A stretch of DNA of 60,141 nt from a virus (Duplodnaviria > Caudoviricetes), in the IMG/VR virus record IMGVR_UViG_3300033076_000334, positions 1 to 60,141 of that record, one strand, 5' to 3'. This document shows, piece by piece, positions 27,218 through 36,989 of the stretch. A model generated the notes under the pieces. That model ran no database searches. It was not told where the DNA came from and was given only the letters and a program-made list of their open reading frames with translations. Within the stretch, counting starts at the first letter, position 1; each line of letters starts with the position of its first letter. The position numbers and the translations under genes are program-made.

Positions 27218-28707
27218 TTAGGTAAGTGTTTAGCAGCTCTAGAATTTACCGCAAACTTGCCTTTACCCATGGACTTTTTACGGCTAGCCTGTACTTTGTC
27301 CATCATTTCGTATAGCTTTCTAGCGCCTGCATCGGTTGACCCATTCCCTAATTCAGACACAATACGGGCTGGCACTACAAACTCACCATCAGCAAGGCGG
27401 GCAGGTTGATGTTTACCAATCTGTGCAGGGATAGAATCAGATACGCCATCACCAGGACCTTTAAGTAAACGACCACCATCAGAGTAACTGCCTAAATGAC
27501 CACCTTCAGCTAGGTTTAAATCCCCTAAATTCATAGTAGGTTTTAACCCTTTAGCAGTTTCCCCTGGCATTTGTGCATGGTACATAGCATTACCTAATCC
27601 TGCAACAGCGGCATCTTGAGGGTCCATTGCCTTTAATTTAGCCTCTGTAGTAAGGCTAGCTTTTTTCTTTTTAACTTGAGAGCCAGTAGCACCATTAAAT
27701 CGAGTTGCAATCCCAGTATAGGTTTCGGTTCTTGGATCATACCCCGAGTTTACTACCTCAGCGCTTGTAGGCATTTGGGTAGGGGTAGCGAACTGAGTAT
27801 GCTCCTGCTGTGCCTGTGGGTAAAACTGGTTTTGGTTAGCTTGACTCATAGCCTCAACAGCACCACCATCAGCATAATTACCATAGTTAGCGTGGTAGTA
27901 AGGGTTAGGACGAACAGGCGCAGAGCCTTGAAAATTACTAGCTAATCTCCAACGGTACGGACTATTTGGGTCATACTGCTCACCACTTGGGCCTTTGTTA
28001 CCAGCTTGATTCATTAAAGATGTAGCTGCCATTAAGCCTGTACCACCAACAAGGACTTTTCCGGGTGTACTCATTTTGTCCCACCAGTTTTGACCTGCAT
28101 TTGCAGGGGCAGGTGTATTAGTAGGTGGGTTAAGAACCTGACCGTTTGCATTTAATAGCTGGTTATTTGCGTTTACAGGTATATCACCCAATTCACCGGG
28201 CAAAACATTAGCTGGAGAGGTAGGAGGAGTAATTGCAGGGGCAGCAGGGACGGCAGGGGCTATACCATTAACAGGTGCTTCAATAGGAGCAGCTGCATCA
28301 AATGCACCCATACCACCAGCTAAAGCGCCACCAATACCGCCTGTAAGGGCACCTTGCCCAAAGTCTTTATTTTGTAATGCCGAAGTAGCGCCACCAATAA
28401 GAGCGCCAGCACCAGCGCCAGCTAAAATACCTGAAGCGGTTGTACCAAGACCTAATGCAGTACCTAACGCAGGAGCAGCAGCGCCCGCTGTAAGATATGT
28501 AGCTGCAGCGGCAGCAACCACAGGCAAGACCTGTTCTAAAAAGCCAGCTTCGGGTAAACCCGTATGTGGGTTAATTGTTAGTGAGCCACCATGCGCCATA
28601 GCAAGCTGTTGAAGCCCTTTCACCTCATCTTTAGTCATATGGACAAGTTCGGTATCGGGGCCACGTCCGTGGGCGGCTAGGTGTTTTGCTGCTTTATCTA
28701 GGCTCAT
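27214..28707 (-). CDS. Internal virion protein with GPGDG.SDSIPA...GEFV domain
   Basis: N-terminal GRGPDTELVHM...INPHTGLPE; hydrophobic Gly/Ala segment; several xxGG motifs. Confidence 0.7.
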   Translation of the reverse strand: MSLDKAAKHLAAHGRGPDTELVHMTKDEVKGLQQLAMAHGGSLTINPHTGLPEAGFLEQVLPVVAAAAATYLTAGAAAPALGTALGLGTTASGILAGAGAGALIGGATSALQNKDFGQGALTGGIGGALAGGMGAFDAAAPIEAPVNGIAPAVPAAPAITPPTSPANVLPGELGDIPVNANNQLLNANGQVLNPPTNTPAPANAGQNWWDKMSTPGKVLVGGTGLMAATSLMNQAGNKGPSGEQYDPNSPYRWRLASNFQGSAPVRPNPYYHANYGNYADGGAVEAMSQANQNQFYPQAQQEHTQFATPTQMPTSAEVVNSGYDPRTETYTGIATRFNGATGSQVKKKKASLTTEAKLKAMDPQDAAVAGLGNAMYHAQMPGETAKGLKPTMNLGDLNLAEGGHLGSYSDGGRLLKGPGDGVSDSIPAQIGKHQPARLADGEFVVPARIVSELGNGSTDAGARKLYEMMDKVQASRKKSMGKGKFAVNSRAAKHLPK

Positions 28708-28740
28708 AGGTGCCTCTTAATGTTAGATTTGTGAATTTTA

Positions 28741-29427
28741 TCATGTTGTTAACGATGATACAAAGGCTATTGTGCCAATTGCAGATGGTATTGAAGGTCT
28801 AGAATATGGACTTGCTGAAGCAGGTAAGGCTTCAATCCAAATACCTGTAGCTGACCCATTGGCAGTAGCTCCCTGATCTGTTGCCCATACCAAAGAAATT
28901 ACCTGACCAGCATTAATTCCAAAAGTAACCTGTGAATACCCGCAAAAATAACTTGGAACACCAGCGCTTTTTCTAGAAGTAACCGTAAATCTAGTGCCAG
29001 ACTCTGTAACGTTTGTGCCGTCTATTTTTAACCAAACATCGGAATCGTGCGGAACGTTGTCATCATTAGCAAATTGCAAACTGTAGTCAATCTTATATAC
29101 ACCCGATATTTGGCAAGTAGCCGTACTATTGGCATTAAGGGTAAACCCTGATCCAGTAACTAATGTACTCCACAATACTGTGGTTGTAGTATTCGATGTG
29201 GCATATTGAGAGGTTGAATCATACGCAGAAATGTGTGGGAATTGAATATACTGACCACCATTGTTTCCACCTGTACTAGAACTAAAGTTATCTATTTCGT
29301 TAAAGTACAGACGTAATACGTTAGTAAACTGATCCTGATACTGCTGGCTATATTCAACTGGCGCAATTGGCAAGTTGGGGGCCTTTGATGGGCGCAGTTG
29401 TTGGGTGGTTACATTAGCTGTTGCCAT
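28741..29427 (-). CDS. Virion structural protein (tail-associated)
   Basis: APNLP.AP.EY...LRLYFN N-terminus followed by a beta-rich domain. Confidence 0.65.
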   Translation of the reverse strand: MATANVTTQQLRPSKAPNLPIAPVEYSQQYQDQFTNVLRLYFNEIDNFSSSTGGNNGGQYIQFPHISAYDSTSQYATSNTTTTVLWSTLVTGSGFTLNANSTATCQISGVYKIDYSLQFANDDNVPHDSDVWLKIDGTNVTESGTRFTVTSRKSAGVPSYFCGYSQVTFGINAGQVISLVWATDQGATANGSATGIWIEALPASASPYSRPSIPSAIGTIAFVSSLTT

Positions 29428-31580
29428 TAACGTCTACCGTCATTCTTAATATCTAAGCGTGGAGTACCTAGCTGCCATGCAACCCCAAGACCATCTGAAG
29501 TAATTCTAAATGCCATCTGACGACCACGGATGCGTGTATATACCTGACCAGTAAATTCTTGTACTGTGTACTGTGGGGCATTAGTAAAATTATTTGAGCT
29601 TGTTACAGATGGGTTATCTGCGGTTTCATATGCCATACCACTGTTGTATCGTGGCTTTACAGTCATTGTTACAGTAGGCTGGTTTACGTTAGAACCATTA
29701 AAGTTTACGTCAGGCAATATTCTCCACACATAACCAAAGTTATGTCCATCACCGATGTCAAAGTCAGAAGATTGAACATAGGCAGTAATAGGTAAACTAG
29801 CTAAACCAGAGGCATCATCATTACCAACTTCGTGGTAGACCACACGTCCTAACGGATTTGCAACATCATCAACGCCGTTAATGAATGTACCCATAGGGTT
29901 CTGACGAATACCAGAATCTAACCATGCAGTGCGGTTTAATGTGCCGTAATACCATACACGGTCTAAGTAGTTATAAACCACATACTTATCAATCTGAGTG
30001 CTGTTGGTAGAGCAGTAGAACCACCAAACTTCGTTGTAGCCTTCGTTACCACCGCAGGTTACCTGCCAGGCTTGGTCTTTATTAATGTCGGCAAAAACAT
30101 ACTGGCGCAGAGCGCAAGGCAGCGTCTCAACACGACCAGAGTACATGTAGAACTTATCCGTACCCATCCAGTAGGTAACGTTGTTAATAGTAATTGCAGC
30201 ATTAGGAGACATAATCGAGATGTTGTCCATCAAGATCTGGAAGCCCCAAACGTAGGGAGGTCCTAAGTATTGCTGTGAATAGATAGCGGAGTCAGTCCAA
30301 ACCAGAATCTCCTGACGTGTTGCACGTGCGCACATAAGATAAGAACCGTTAGATAGGCGGAACTCACCAGCTTGATTAGTTACTTCAGGTACCCACTGGT
30401 ATGGGTTTTCTTGGTCTGACCAACGAACGAGCATTGGGTCAAAAACCGTATTGGAGTCTGTAGGGTCATAACTGTTAGCACCGTAAGCAATAACAAAACG
30501 CTGGATAGCAGATGCCACAACCTGATTAGTTGTTTTAGGAACCCATACACCAGTACCAGCAGAAGCTACGTTTGCTAAATGAGATAGATACTCTGCACGA
30601 TTACCAACACCGTTAGCAGCAACCCAATAGAAGATAGGACCACCACGAGGTGCAAGCACCAAATCCTGACCGTAGTTATCATTAGACCAGAGGCGTAATT
30701 GCTGCCCGACTCCTGCGCCTTCATATGCAGAACCCCATCCACCACGAGACCAAGGGCCAGCGCCCCAGCCAGTACCAAGAGAGTAAACAGGTAAACCAAC
30801 AGGATACTCATATTGCACCGTTACGTTTGCTACGTTAGAAACCGAAGAAGTACAAAATACTACGTTAGACAGGTTATTGTCTGCGGTACTTGTTAGAAAA
30901 AAGTCTTTACCAGCGCTATACTTAAATACTTGATGCTCGCCATTAATAACAGTGTTGGCTACACCACCAACAGAAGTTACTGAACAGTTTGAAATAATAA
31001 CAAAGTCTTTATCGTTAGCATCATTATTAGTGTCGTTCCATAGCATAAACGCACTGGCTACATTAGCACCAGAGTTATGGGAAGCTGCAGTAGTATTGGC
31101 ATATCCACGGACACAGCTATTAGCTACGTTAGCCGACAATGTATTGTAAAAAATAACTTCCGACCCTATTTTAATTATTCCGTTTTGTGGTGGGAAATTG
31201 GCGTCGTTTGTAATAGTTAGTGTAGTAGCTGTAGCATTAATCGTCGCTGCAAGTGTAGTAAAACCAGTAGACAGCGCATTGGAATATGGGTCTGAGTTAA
31301 CAATCGGAGTAACGTCGTTATAGACGCCGCCATTCTCAATGTAGTACTTTAGATTAGTTCCGATACCAAGTAAATTAGAGCCATTAAGAGTAGCCCAGTT
31401 CCACATAGAACGAGCAACCCCCAAAAAGTTAGCAGTGCTAAGACGCACCCAACCACCAATCTTCTCTGGAAACCCTGAACGGAATCGAATTTTATCCCCA
31501 TCATAATAGCCACCTTCGTTACTGTAATCAGTACCTTCTCGGTTTAGTCCTGGGCGAAGTTGTAGTTTTTGTAATGGCAT
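29427..31580 (-). CDS. Tail nozzle / packaged DNA stabilization protein (P22 gp10 / T7 gp12-like)
   Basis: 717 aa; RFRSGFPEKIGGW, VRWSDQE, EVWWFY, RTAWLD, R.RGRQ; beta-propeller-like composition. Confidence 0.75.
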   Translation of the reverse strand: MPLQKLQLRPGLNREGTDYSNEGGYYDGDKIRFRSGFPEKIGGWVRLSTANFLGVARSMWNWATLNGSNLLGIGTNLKYYIENGGVYNDVTPIVNSDPYSNALSTGFTTLAATINATATTLTITNDANFPPQNGIIKIGSEVIFYNTLSANVANSCVRGYANTTAASHNSGANVASAFMLWNDTNNDANDKDFVIISNCSVTSVGGVANTVINGEHQVFKYSAGKDFFLTSTADNNLSNVVFCTSSVSNVANVTVQYEYPVGLPVYSLGTGWGAGPWSRGGWGSAYEGAGVGQQLRLWSNDNYGQDLVLAPRGGPIFYWVAANGVGNRAEYLSHLANVASAGTGVWVPKTTNQVVASAIQRFVIAYGANSYDPTDSNTVFDPMLVRWSDQENPYQWVPEVTNQAGEFRLSNGSYLMCARATRQEILVWTDSAIYSQQYLGPPYVWGFQILMDNISIMSPNAAITINNVTYWMGTDKFYMYSGRVETLPCALRQYVFADINKDQAWQVTCGGNEGYNEVWWFYCSTNSTQIDKYVVYNYLDRVWYYGTLNRTAWLDSGIRQNPMGTFINGVDDVANPLGRVVYHEVGNDDASGLASLPITAYVQSSDFDIGDGHNFGYVWRILPDVNFNGSNVNQPTVTMTVKPRYNSGMAYETADNPSVTSSNNFTNAPQYTVQEFTGQVYTRIRGRQMAFRITSDGLGVAWQLGTPRLDIKNDGRR

Positions 31581-31583
31581 GGT

Positions 31584-32177
31584 TTACCCTAATACTTGTA
31601 GTGCCTTAGCAATCTTGGCTTTGCGGTCGTCTAAACCCAATAAACCGCCATTTATACGTTTTGTCATTGTCTCATAATCCCCTGCATCAGCCAAGGCGTT
31701 TAGTCCTTTTTTGTTCCAGAACCACCCCGCAGACATAGCAGCCAGATAAGGCTGAGCCAAAAGACCAGGTTGGTTAATAAGGTCAACGCCAATTGCTTTT
31801 CCACAGTTGTCATAGGATTCCTTGCCAGTTAGCTGTATCAGTCCTCTTCCATGGTACTTAGCACCCTCACCAGATTCCTCCGGTCCATTACCCATGCGAC
31901 CACCATATACCTTGTTGGCTATCTTGATTGGGTCATGTGCGTACTTCATAGCGGTTGGTAAGTCTGGAAATCTAGAGGGCCAAACACGCATTAGGGCTTC
32001 TGGCTTGTAGTTGAGGTTTTCTTCAAGAGTCTTGAAATTATTAGATTCATGAGCACACTGACCAATAAACGCTGCTTGACGTTTAGGTGTATTAATGTCG
32101 TATTTGGCAAAAGTATCCTCCAACGGCTTTAGCCATTTAGGGTCTATACCCAGCGCTTGTAGTTGCTGCTCTGTCAT
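31584..32177 (-). CDS. Endolysin, glycoside hydrolase family 19
   Basis: AAFIGQCAHES, EENLNY, GRGLIQLTG..Y, SAGWFW, TKRINGG. Confidence 0.93.
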   Translation of the reverse strand: MTEQQLQALGIDPKWLKPLEDTFAKYDINTPKRQAAFIGQCAHESNNFKTLEENLNYKPEALMRVWPSRFPDLPTAMKYAHDPIKIANKVYGGRMGNGPEESGEGAKYHGRGLIQLTGKESYDNCGKAIGVDLINQPGLLAQPYLAAMSAGWFWNKKGLNALADAGDYETMTKRINGGLLGLDDRKAKIAKALQVLG

Positions 32178-32581
32178 TTAACACCCGCTTGTTGCAAGAT
32201 CCAGTCCTGTAGTGCAATTACTTGGACTGTGGTTTCAGAACAGGATTCAGCAAGCCTATAGTAGGCGGGGCTTTCATTAGTTCCGACGGTGGGGTTGGAA
32301 ATGCTGGGCACTGAACTGCCACTGGTGTTGCGCTGCAACCCGCTATAGTAATTACGAACAGCAGCCAGCTTAGCTTCATATTCATTTTTAATTCCTTTAT
32401 TTACAAGGTCTGATTGCTTTTGGATACTATCATTCTTCGCTTCTTGTATTTTGGCTTGCGCAATGGTTTCGGCTTTAAATTCTATATATTGATTGTGCTG
32501 GTACTTCCCATACCCAAACCCTAGCAGGGCTAAGATAATAGAACCAATAGAAATCCAAGTAGAAATCGGCAACGGAAACAT
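32174..32581 (-). CDS. Rz-like spanin candidate
   Basis: N-terminal TM, coiled coil, adjacent to endolysin. Confidence 0.6.
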   Translation of the reverse strand: MFPLPISTWISIGSIILALLGFGYGKYQHNQYIEFKAETIAQAKIQEAKNDSIQKQSDLVNKGIKNEYEAKLAAVRNYYSGLQRNTSGSSVPSISNPTVGTNESPAYYRLAESCSETTVQVIALQDWILQQAGVK

Positions 32582-33126
32582 TAGACTAACCTTGGGCTAA
32601 ATGCAAAAGTCGCTGGGTAGTCAGCAATAAACGGTGCATTGGTAGGATCGTTAATATATTGTGGATCAACTAAAGCACGGATATTCCAACCCAAGTTGAG
32701 GTACAGGGTTTTCCCGAACATTGGCTTAAACAGCACATATTGGAATAAGCCTTGACCTTTAACCAGCAAATGACCAGGATGGCTTTCATCACAATGCAGA
32801 TCGCCAGAATAAGAAATACCGCTAGTTCCATGCAGATACTTCACAGCAAAACCATAGAATGGATTACGCCATAACCATTGAACCTTAGACCACCAGCTTG
32901 GGCTGTGCTTCTCTTGGAAGCCATGATCGCCGTCTAAGCTATTGTCTGGAGTCTGGAACCAAGATAGCCAGCTTTTTAAGCGTGGACCAACACCCCATTT
33001 ACTGCCGTTATCAAGCCAGCCTTCTTTGTCTTCTTTAAAAAGCACAACAACAAATGCCAACGGAAATGTCAGCACCGTGCCAATCAGGTTTAAAACTACA
33101 TAAAATGGGTAAAGAATAATATTCAT
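32581..33126 (-). CDS. Membrane-anchored phage protein
   Basis: N-terminal hydrophobic segment; WFQTPDNSLDGD, WLWRNP.YGF. Confidence 0.7.
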   Translation of the reverse strand: MNIILYPFYVVLNLIGTVLTFPLAFVVVLFKEDKEGWLDNGSKWGVGPRLKSWLSWFQTPDNSLDGDHGFQEKHSPSWWSKVQWLWRNPFYGFAVKYLHGTSGISYSGDLHCDESHPGHLLVKGQGLFQYVLFKPMFGKTLYLNLGWNIRALVDPQYINDPTNAPFIADYPATFAFSPRLV

Positions 33127-33323
33127 TTTTCGTCCAAGGGTTTTACTGTATAGAATCTAAGAACAGCAACAATAATACCAATCCCAATATAACTAACGCC
33201 GTAAATACGAGGATCCACAATATCTTGGATGTAAGAAAAATTGTCATATATAACGCCTAACACCACCAAGATCAGTGCAAACCACATCGTTTTAGAACGA
33301 CGCATCCTACGCATCATTACCAA
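33123..33323 (-). CDS. Holin candidate
   Basis: 66 aa, two TM segments, SKT.W start, LR..T..P end, in the lysis cassette. Confidence 0.65.
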   Translation of the reverse strand: MVMMRRMRRSKTMWFALILVVLGVIYDNFSYIQDIVDPRIYGVSYIGIGIIVAVLRFYTVKPLDEK

Positions 33324-33529
33324 GTAATCCCAATCACAGGAACGGAAGTAACGGCAATCGCCACGTGCTGTTCTGGGTTTTCTAAGCTAGCACCACAGTC
33401 CTCACATACACCAGCAGCAAGCTCAACTTCATTTACGTCTTTACTGCATTGTGGGCAATAGATTTCAATCTTATGAGCGCAGATGGTGTCTTGGCCTTCT
33501 ACCTCAACGGCTTGATTTTCAATAATCAT
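33317..33529 (-). CDS. Zinc-ribbon protein
   Basis: CPQC and CEDCG pairs. Confidence 0.65.
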   Translation of the reverse strand: MIIENQAVEVEGQDTICAHKIEIYCPQCSKDVNEVELAAGVCEDCGASLENPEQHVAIAVTSVPVIGITW

Positions 33530-33906
33530 TAGCTACTCCATTGTGCTGTTGGCATTGCTGGGAATGTAGGATTAACTACGGGGTTAACCGCTAATGCACG
33601 AACTTGGCTGCGGTAAGCAATAAACTCAGCTTGATTCATTAAGTATGGGTTAGATTTGGCTGGGTCGGCTACATCAGGAATAGTTGTCCAGTCAGTCTTA
33701 TATAAGAGTCCGCTAGCCTGTTGTTTGCAAGATTCCAATGGAGCCTGTTGAGCTTGGCGAGCCATTTCGTTATCACAGGCTTCTTCACTTGGCTGAGCAA
33801 TATCTACTGAATACCAAGAAATGGTACTGTAATCCATAGGATCAGCAATACTCCAAGTTGCCCCCGGAGCCAACGCCAATAGTGCGGTTGAGTAGGTAGG
33901 TGTCAT
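33529..33906 (-). CDS. Tail fibre assembly chaperone-like protein
   Basis: L.PGA.W, LL..TDWT..PD, YR..R...FP..P. Confidence 0.7.
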   Translation of the reverse strand: MTPTYSTALLALAPGATWSIADPMDYSTISWYSVDIAQPSEEACDNEMARQAQQAPLESCKQQASGLLYKTDWTTIPDVADPAKSNPYLMNQAEFIAYRSQVRALAVNPVVNPTFPAMPTAQWSS

Positions 33907-34820
33907 AGGATCTCCAATAATGTAAGCACAGCAGTTCCAGTACCATTAAAGAACGCATTACCACCAGAGTCTGCCCAAATATATGGTTGGTAGGTTTGTG
34001 TGCTGGTACTTGCTGGACTATCTAAATAGTTAAACGACATTGAGCTGTATAAGTTTTGACCCGGAGCGGAACACACGATATAAGTTGACCCAGCAAAAGT
34101 GGCAGCATTCCTATACATAGTTAAGAAAGCATTACCACCGTATCCATTGGTCTGCCATAACGGTGCGTACAACAGCACCAAGATTTTGCTTGAAATTGAA
34201 GTTGGTGTAATAGATGCGTAAAATCCTGTAGCTGCTGGGCTACCACCAGTATTGCTTGACTGAGTACCATTTTGTACTTGGACTGCTTGAATAATACGGC
34301 CTGTCACACCTAAATAGTTTGTAGCGCTGATTGTATTGGCAGTGACTCGGTTAACCGCAGTTACGTTTGCACCTGCTGTAATACTTCCAGATACAGCTAA
34401 ATCACCATCTACGCTATTGCCAGATGGGGTTGCATTATAAAAGTCAGTACCGTCGCAATAAACTTGAGCATAAGAACCTGTACGGATAGCAGCGCCATTA
34501 CCACCAGAAGTCTTGATTGTTACTGTATTTCCAGTAGTGTTTTTAATTAAATAGACTTTTTCAACGCCGGGAGCAATTAATTCTTGTGGGGCTGTTAACG
34601 TACCACCAAGCACCAAAACGGCGTTACGAGATTCATCGATAGCACCGTCATAGCTAGTCAGCGTATAGGTCGCATCGCCCATCGTAATGGTTTGCACGCC
34701 TGTAATTGCTTGTTCTATAAGGGAACCAAGGTTATTATTGGTTGTAATACCCCATGTGCCGGATTGTTCGCCCTGACCGATAAGCTCTAGTCGTAGCGTG
34801 GTTGAATATGTGGATGCCAT
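33903..34820 (-). CDS. Tail fibre/spike-like structural protein
   Basis: MASTYS..LRLELI..GEQSGTWG..TN; C-terminal ITP.S.SSKILV...YLDSP.STS..TY. Confidence 0.72.
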   Translation of the reverse strand: MASTYSTTLRLELIGQGEQSGTWGITTNNNLGSLIEQAITGVQTITMGDATYTLTSYDGAIDESRNAVLVLGGTLTAPQELIAPGVEKVYLIKNTTGNTVTIKTSGGNGAAIRTGSYAQVYCDGTDFYNATPSGNSVDGDLAVSGSITAGANVTAVNRVTANTISATNYLGVTGRIIQAVQVQNGTQSSNTGGSPAATGFYASITPTSISSKILVLLYAPLWQTNGYGGNAFLTMYRNAATFAGSTYIVCSAPGQNLYSSMSFNYLDSPASTSTQTYQPYIWADSGGNAFFNGTGTAVLTLLEIL

Positions 34821-34830
34821 TATTTGTCCT

Positions 34831-35934
34831 TTATGCTGCTATTAAATCCCAGTTTTCTACTGCATTATCATTAATTTGAGTCCAGCCATCGCTGCTATCG
34901 TCGTCAATATTGGTCCAGCCAGCATCTGGAACGTCTGGGATTTGACCCCAAACTAGTACTTGCCCAATTATACCTGTAGCTTGTACGCCTGTTAAGTACA
35001 CATCTACACTACTTTGAACGCTTACAGTGCCTGCAATGCCAATACCTTGAACCCCAGTAACATTGACTGGAGTAATTAATTCGACCTCTGCCGTACCAAG
35101 CTGACCTACACCTACAACCCCAGTAACGTAAGCATTAGCACCAGAGGCGGTATCTACAGAGCCTAACTGACCAACGGCTTGAACACCAGTAACCTCTACT
35201 GCAGTGCCTTCGGCTACAGTGACTGAGCCAGTTTGACCTACTCCTTGAACCCCAGTGAGGTTGACATTTCCATCGCCTGTTACCGTTGCAGTGCCTAGAC
35301 GGGTTACGCCTTGTACACCAGTTAAGTAGACATTGGCATTGGCTGCGGTTGTGACCGTACCTACCTGACCTACACCGACTACACCATCTAGGAATATGGA
35401 TGGTTCGCCCTTAACTTCTACATAGCCTGTCTGACCATCGCCTTGAACGCCTGTCAGATAAACAGTAACGTCTGGCGTGAATACATCTACAGTGCCAACT
35501 AATCCGTTGCCTTGAACGCCTGTTAAATATACGGTAGCGCCAGCAGTGGTGGTTAAGCTGCCAACTTGACCTACGCCTACAACGCCCGTTAAATCTACGC
35601 TTGCGCCAGCAGTTGTGGATACGGAGCCAACCTGACCGACAGCCTCAACGCCTGTTACATAAACATCAGAAGCAGCCTGAGCATCTACCGTGCCAACAAT
35701 ACCGATACCGACAACACCATTGAGGTAGACATCTACATAAGATGTTACAGAAGCGGTACCTAACTGAGTGACGCCAACAACGCCTGTCAGTAATACTTGA
35801 GCATCAGCGGTAGTTTGAACTTGCCCTAACTGACCAACGGCCTCTACACCTGTCAAATAGACGGTGACTGGTACTGGTGTTATTCCACCCGTATCTGCAA
35901 AGGGAGCCGAAGCGAACGGGCTAAATCCGAACAT
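34831..35934 (-). CDS. Virion protein with 14 tandem ~22-aa V.LTGV.G.G..G.V repeats
   Basis: Repeats counted in the translation; MFGFSPFA..PFA start. Confidence 0.78.
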   Translation of the reverse strand: MFGFSPFASAPFADTGGITPVPVTVYLTGVEAVGQLGQVQTTADAQVLLTGVVGVTQLGTASVTSYVDVYLNGVVGIGIVGTVDAQAASDVYVTGVEAVGQVGSVSTTAGASVDLTGVVGVGQVGSLTTTAGATVYLTGVQGNGLVGTVDVFTPDVTVYLTGVQGDGQTGYVEVKGEPSIFLDGVVGVGQVGTVTTAANANVYLTGVQGVTRLGTATVTGDGNVNLTGVQGVGQTGSVTVAEGTAVEVTGVQAVGQLGSVDTASGANAYVTGVVGVGQLGTAEVELITPVNVTGVQGIGIAGTVSVQSSVDVYLTGVQATGIIGQVLVWGQIPDVPDAGWTNIDDDSSDGWTQINDNAVENWDLIAA

Positions 35935-35936
35935 GG

Positions 35937-36980
35937 CTACCTAGCGTTAGCGTACTTGAAAGGGTTCTCGGCAAAACAAATGTACACATATGTTCCGCCA
36001 TTGGCATTCATGTTTGCTCCAGCGCTTCTTAATTTAAACCCATTACTCAATATATCCATATCGTTTCCTGTAGCCTCTGCTGCAGAATCATTTGGATATA
36101 AGTCTAAATTTGCAGCATTATATGGATTTCTTGCAGTGTCATAAATTACCCAATATGCTCCAGTATCAATCCTTCTTCTCATAACAAATTTAGGTCTAAA
36201 TCCTGTATACACAAATGTGCCATCTGTAGAGCCGTTGCCCGTATAACTGCCAAAAGCAGAATAGCCAGCAATTGGAGTCCAGCAATAAGCTACATAAGTA
36301 CCGCCATTAGCATTTACGTTATCTGAATTGCTAACGCCTTGAGTGCAAGTAAATGTTGTGCTATTAAAAGAACCAACGCCTCCAGAAGTAAAAGCAGTTA
36401 CAGCGGCTTGCGGGTCTGTTAAATTGAGAATGACGTTATATCCAGATGTATAGCTGGAATGTGCTGTCTGCCAGTAACTTGTAGTATCTCTGCGTTTTAC
36501 AATAATAAATCCCGGAGTTGCGCCAAGACCATGACCGACTGTGGCACCGTTTGTGCCGTTACCAGTATAAGTAACAATACTAAAGCCAGCGGTGGTATTT
36601 TTGCTGGTTGTCGAAGTAATTGTTCCGCTTGTATTTGAGGATGTTGTTCCTTGTCCAGCTTGCCATTGCCATCCTACGAATGTATATCCACTTCTGTTTC
36701 CGTTAGTACTAGTGCCAAGAGTAAATCCGTTTGAATTGATGGAAGTAACTTCTTGTGCGTCTGTGGCTTCTGCTGCCGTGCTATTAGTAATGAGAAATTT
36801 ATCAATCCCACGCACTGTGTCAATAGGAAAATGGCCATCTGCGCCCGAACGAATCTTAGGCCATACTAAGTCTGGTTTAAATCCATATTGATTAGTGATT
36901 GTTTGAGCAGCGCCAGTACCTGTCCATAAGGACACATCCATTACTGTCCGACCATTAGGTATTGCGTATGTAGTTGGCAT
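35937..36980 (-). CDS. Tail fibre-associated beta-rich protein
   Basis: LWTGTG, FKPDLVW.K.R, GFSIVTYTGNG, GHGLG..P, GFRPKF, AENPFK. Confidence 0.75.
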   Translation of the reverse strand: MPTTYAIPNGRTVMDVSLWTGTGAAQTITNQYGFKPDLVWPKIRSGADGHFPIDTVRGIDKFLITNSTAAEATDAQEVTSINSNGFTLGTSTNGNRSGYTFVGWQWQAGQGTTSSNTSGTITSTTSKNTTAGFSIVTYTGNGTNGATVGHGLGATPGFIIVKRRDTTSYWQTAHSSYTSGYNVILNLTDPQAAVTAFTSGGVGSFNSTTFTCTQGVSNSDNVNANGGTYVAYCWTPIAGYSAFGSYTGNGSTDGTFVYTGFRPKFVMRRRIDTGAYWVIYDTARNPYNAANLDLYPNDSAAEATGNDMDILSNGFKLRSAGANMNANGGTYVYICFAENPFKYANAR

Positions 36981-36989
36981 AGTCTTCTC

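Noticed and set aside
32174-32581. Embedded Rz1-like lipoprotein (o-spanin)
   Set aside because: I could not identify a convincing lipobox ORF by eye, so it is not reported
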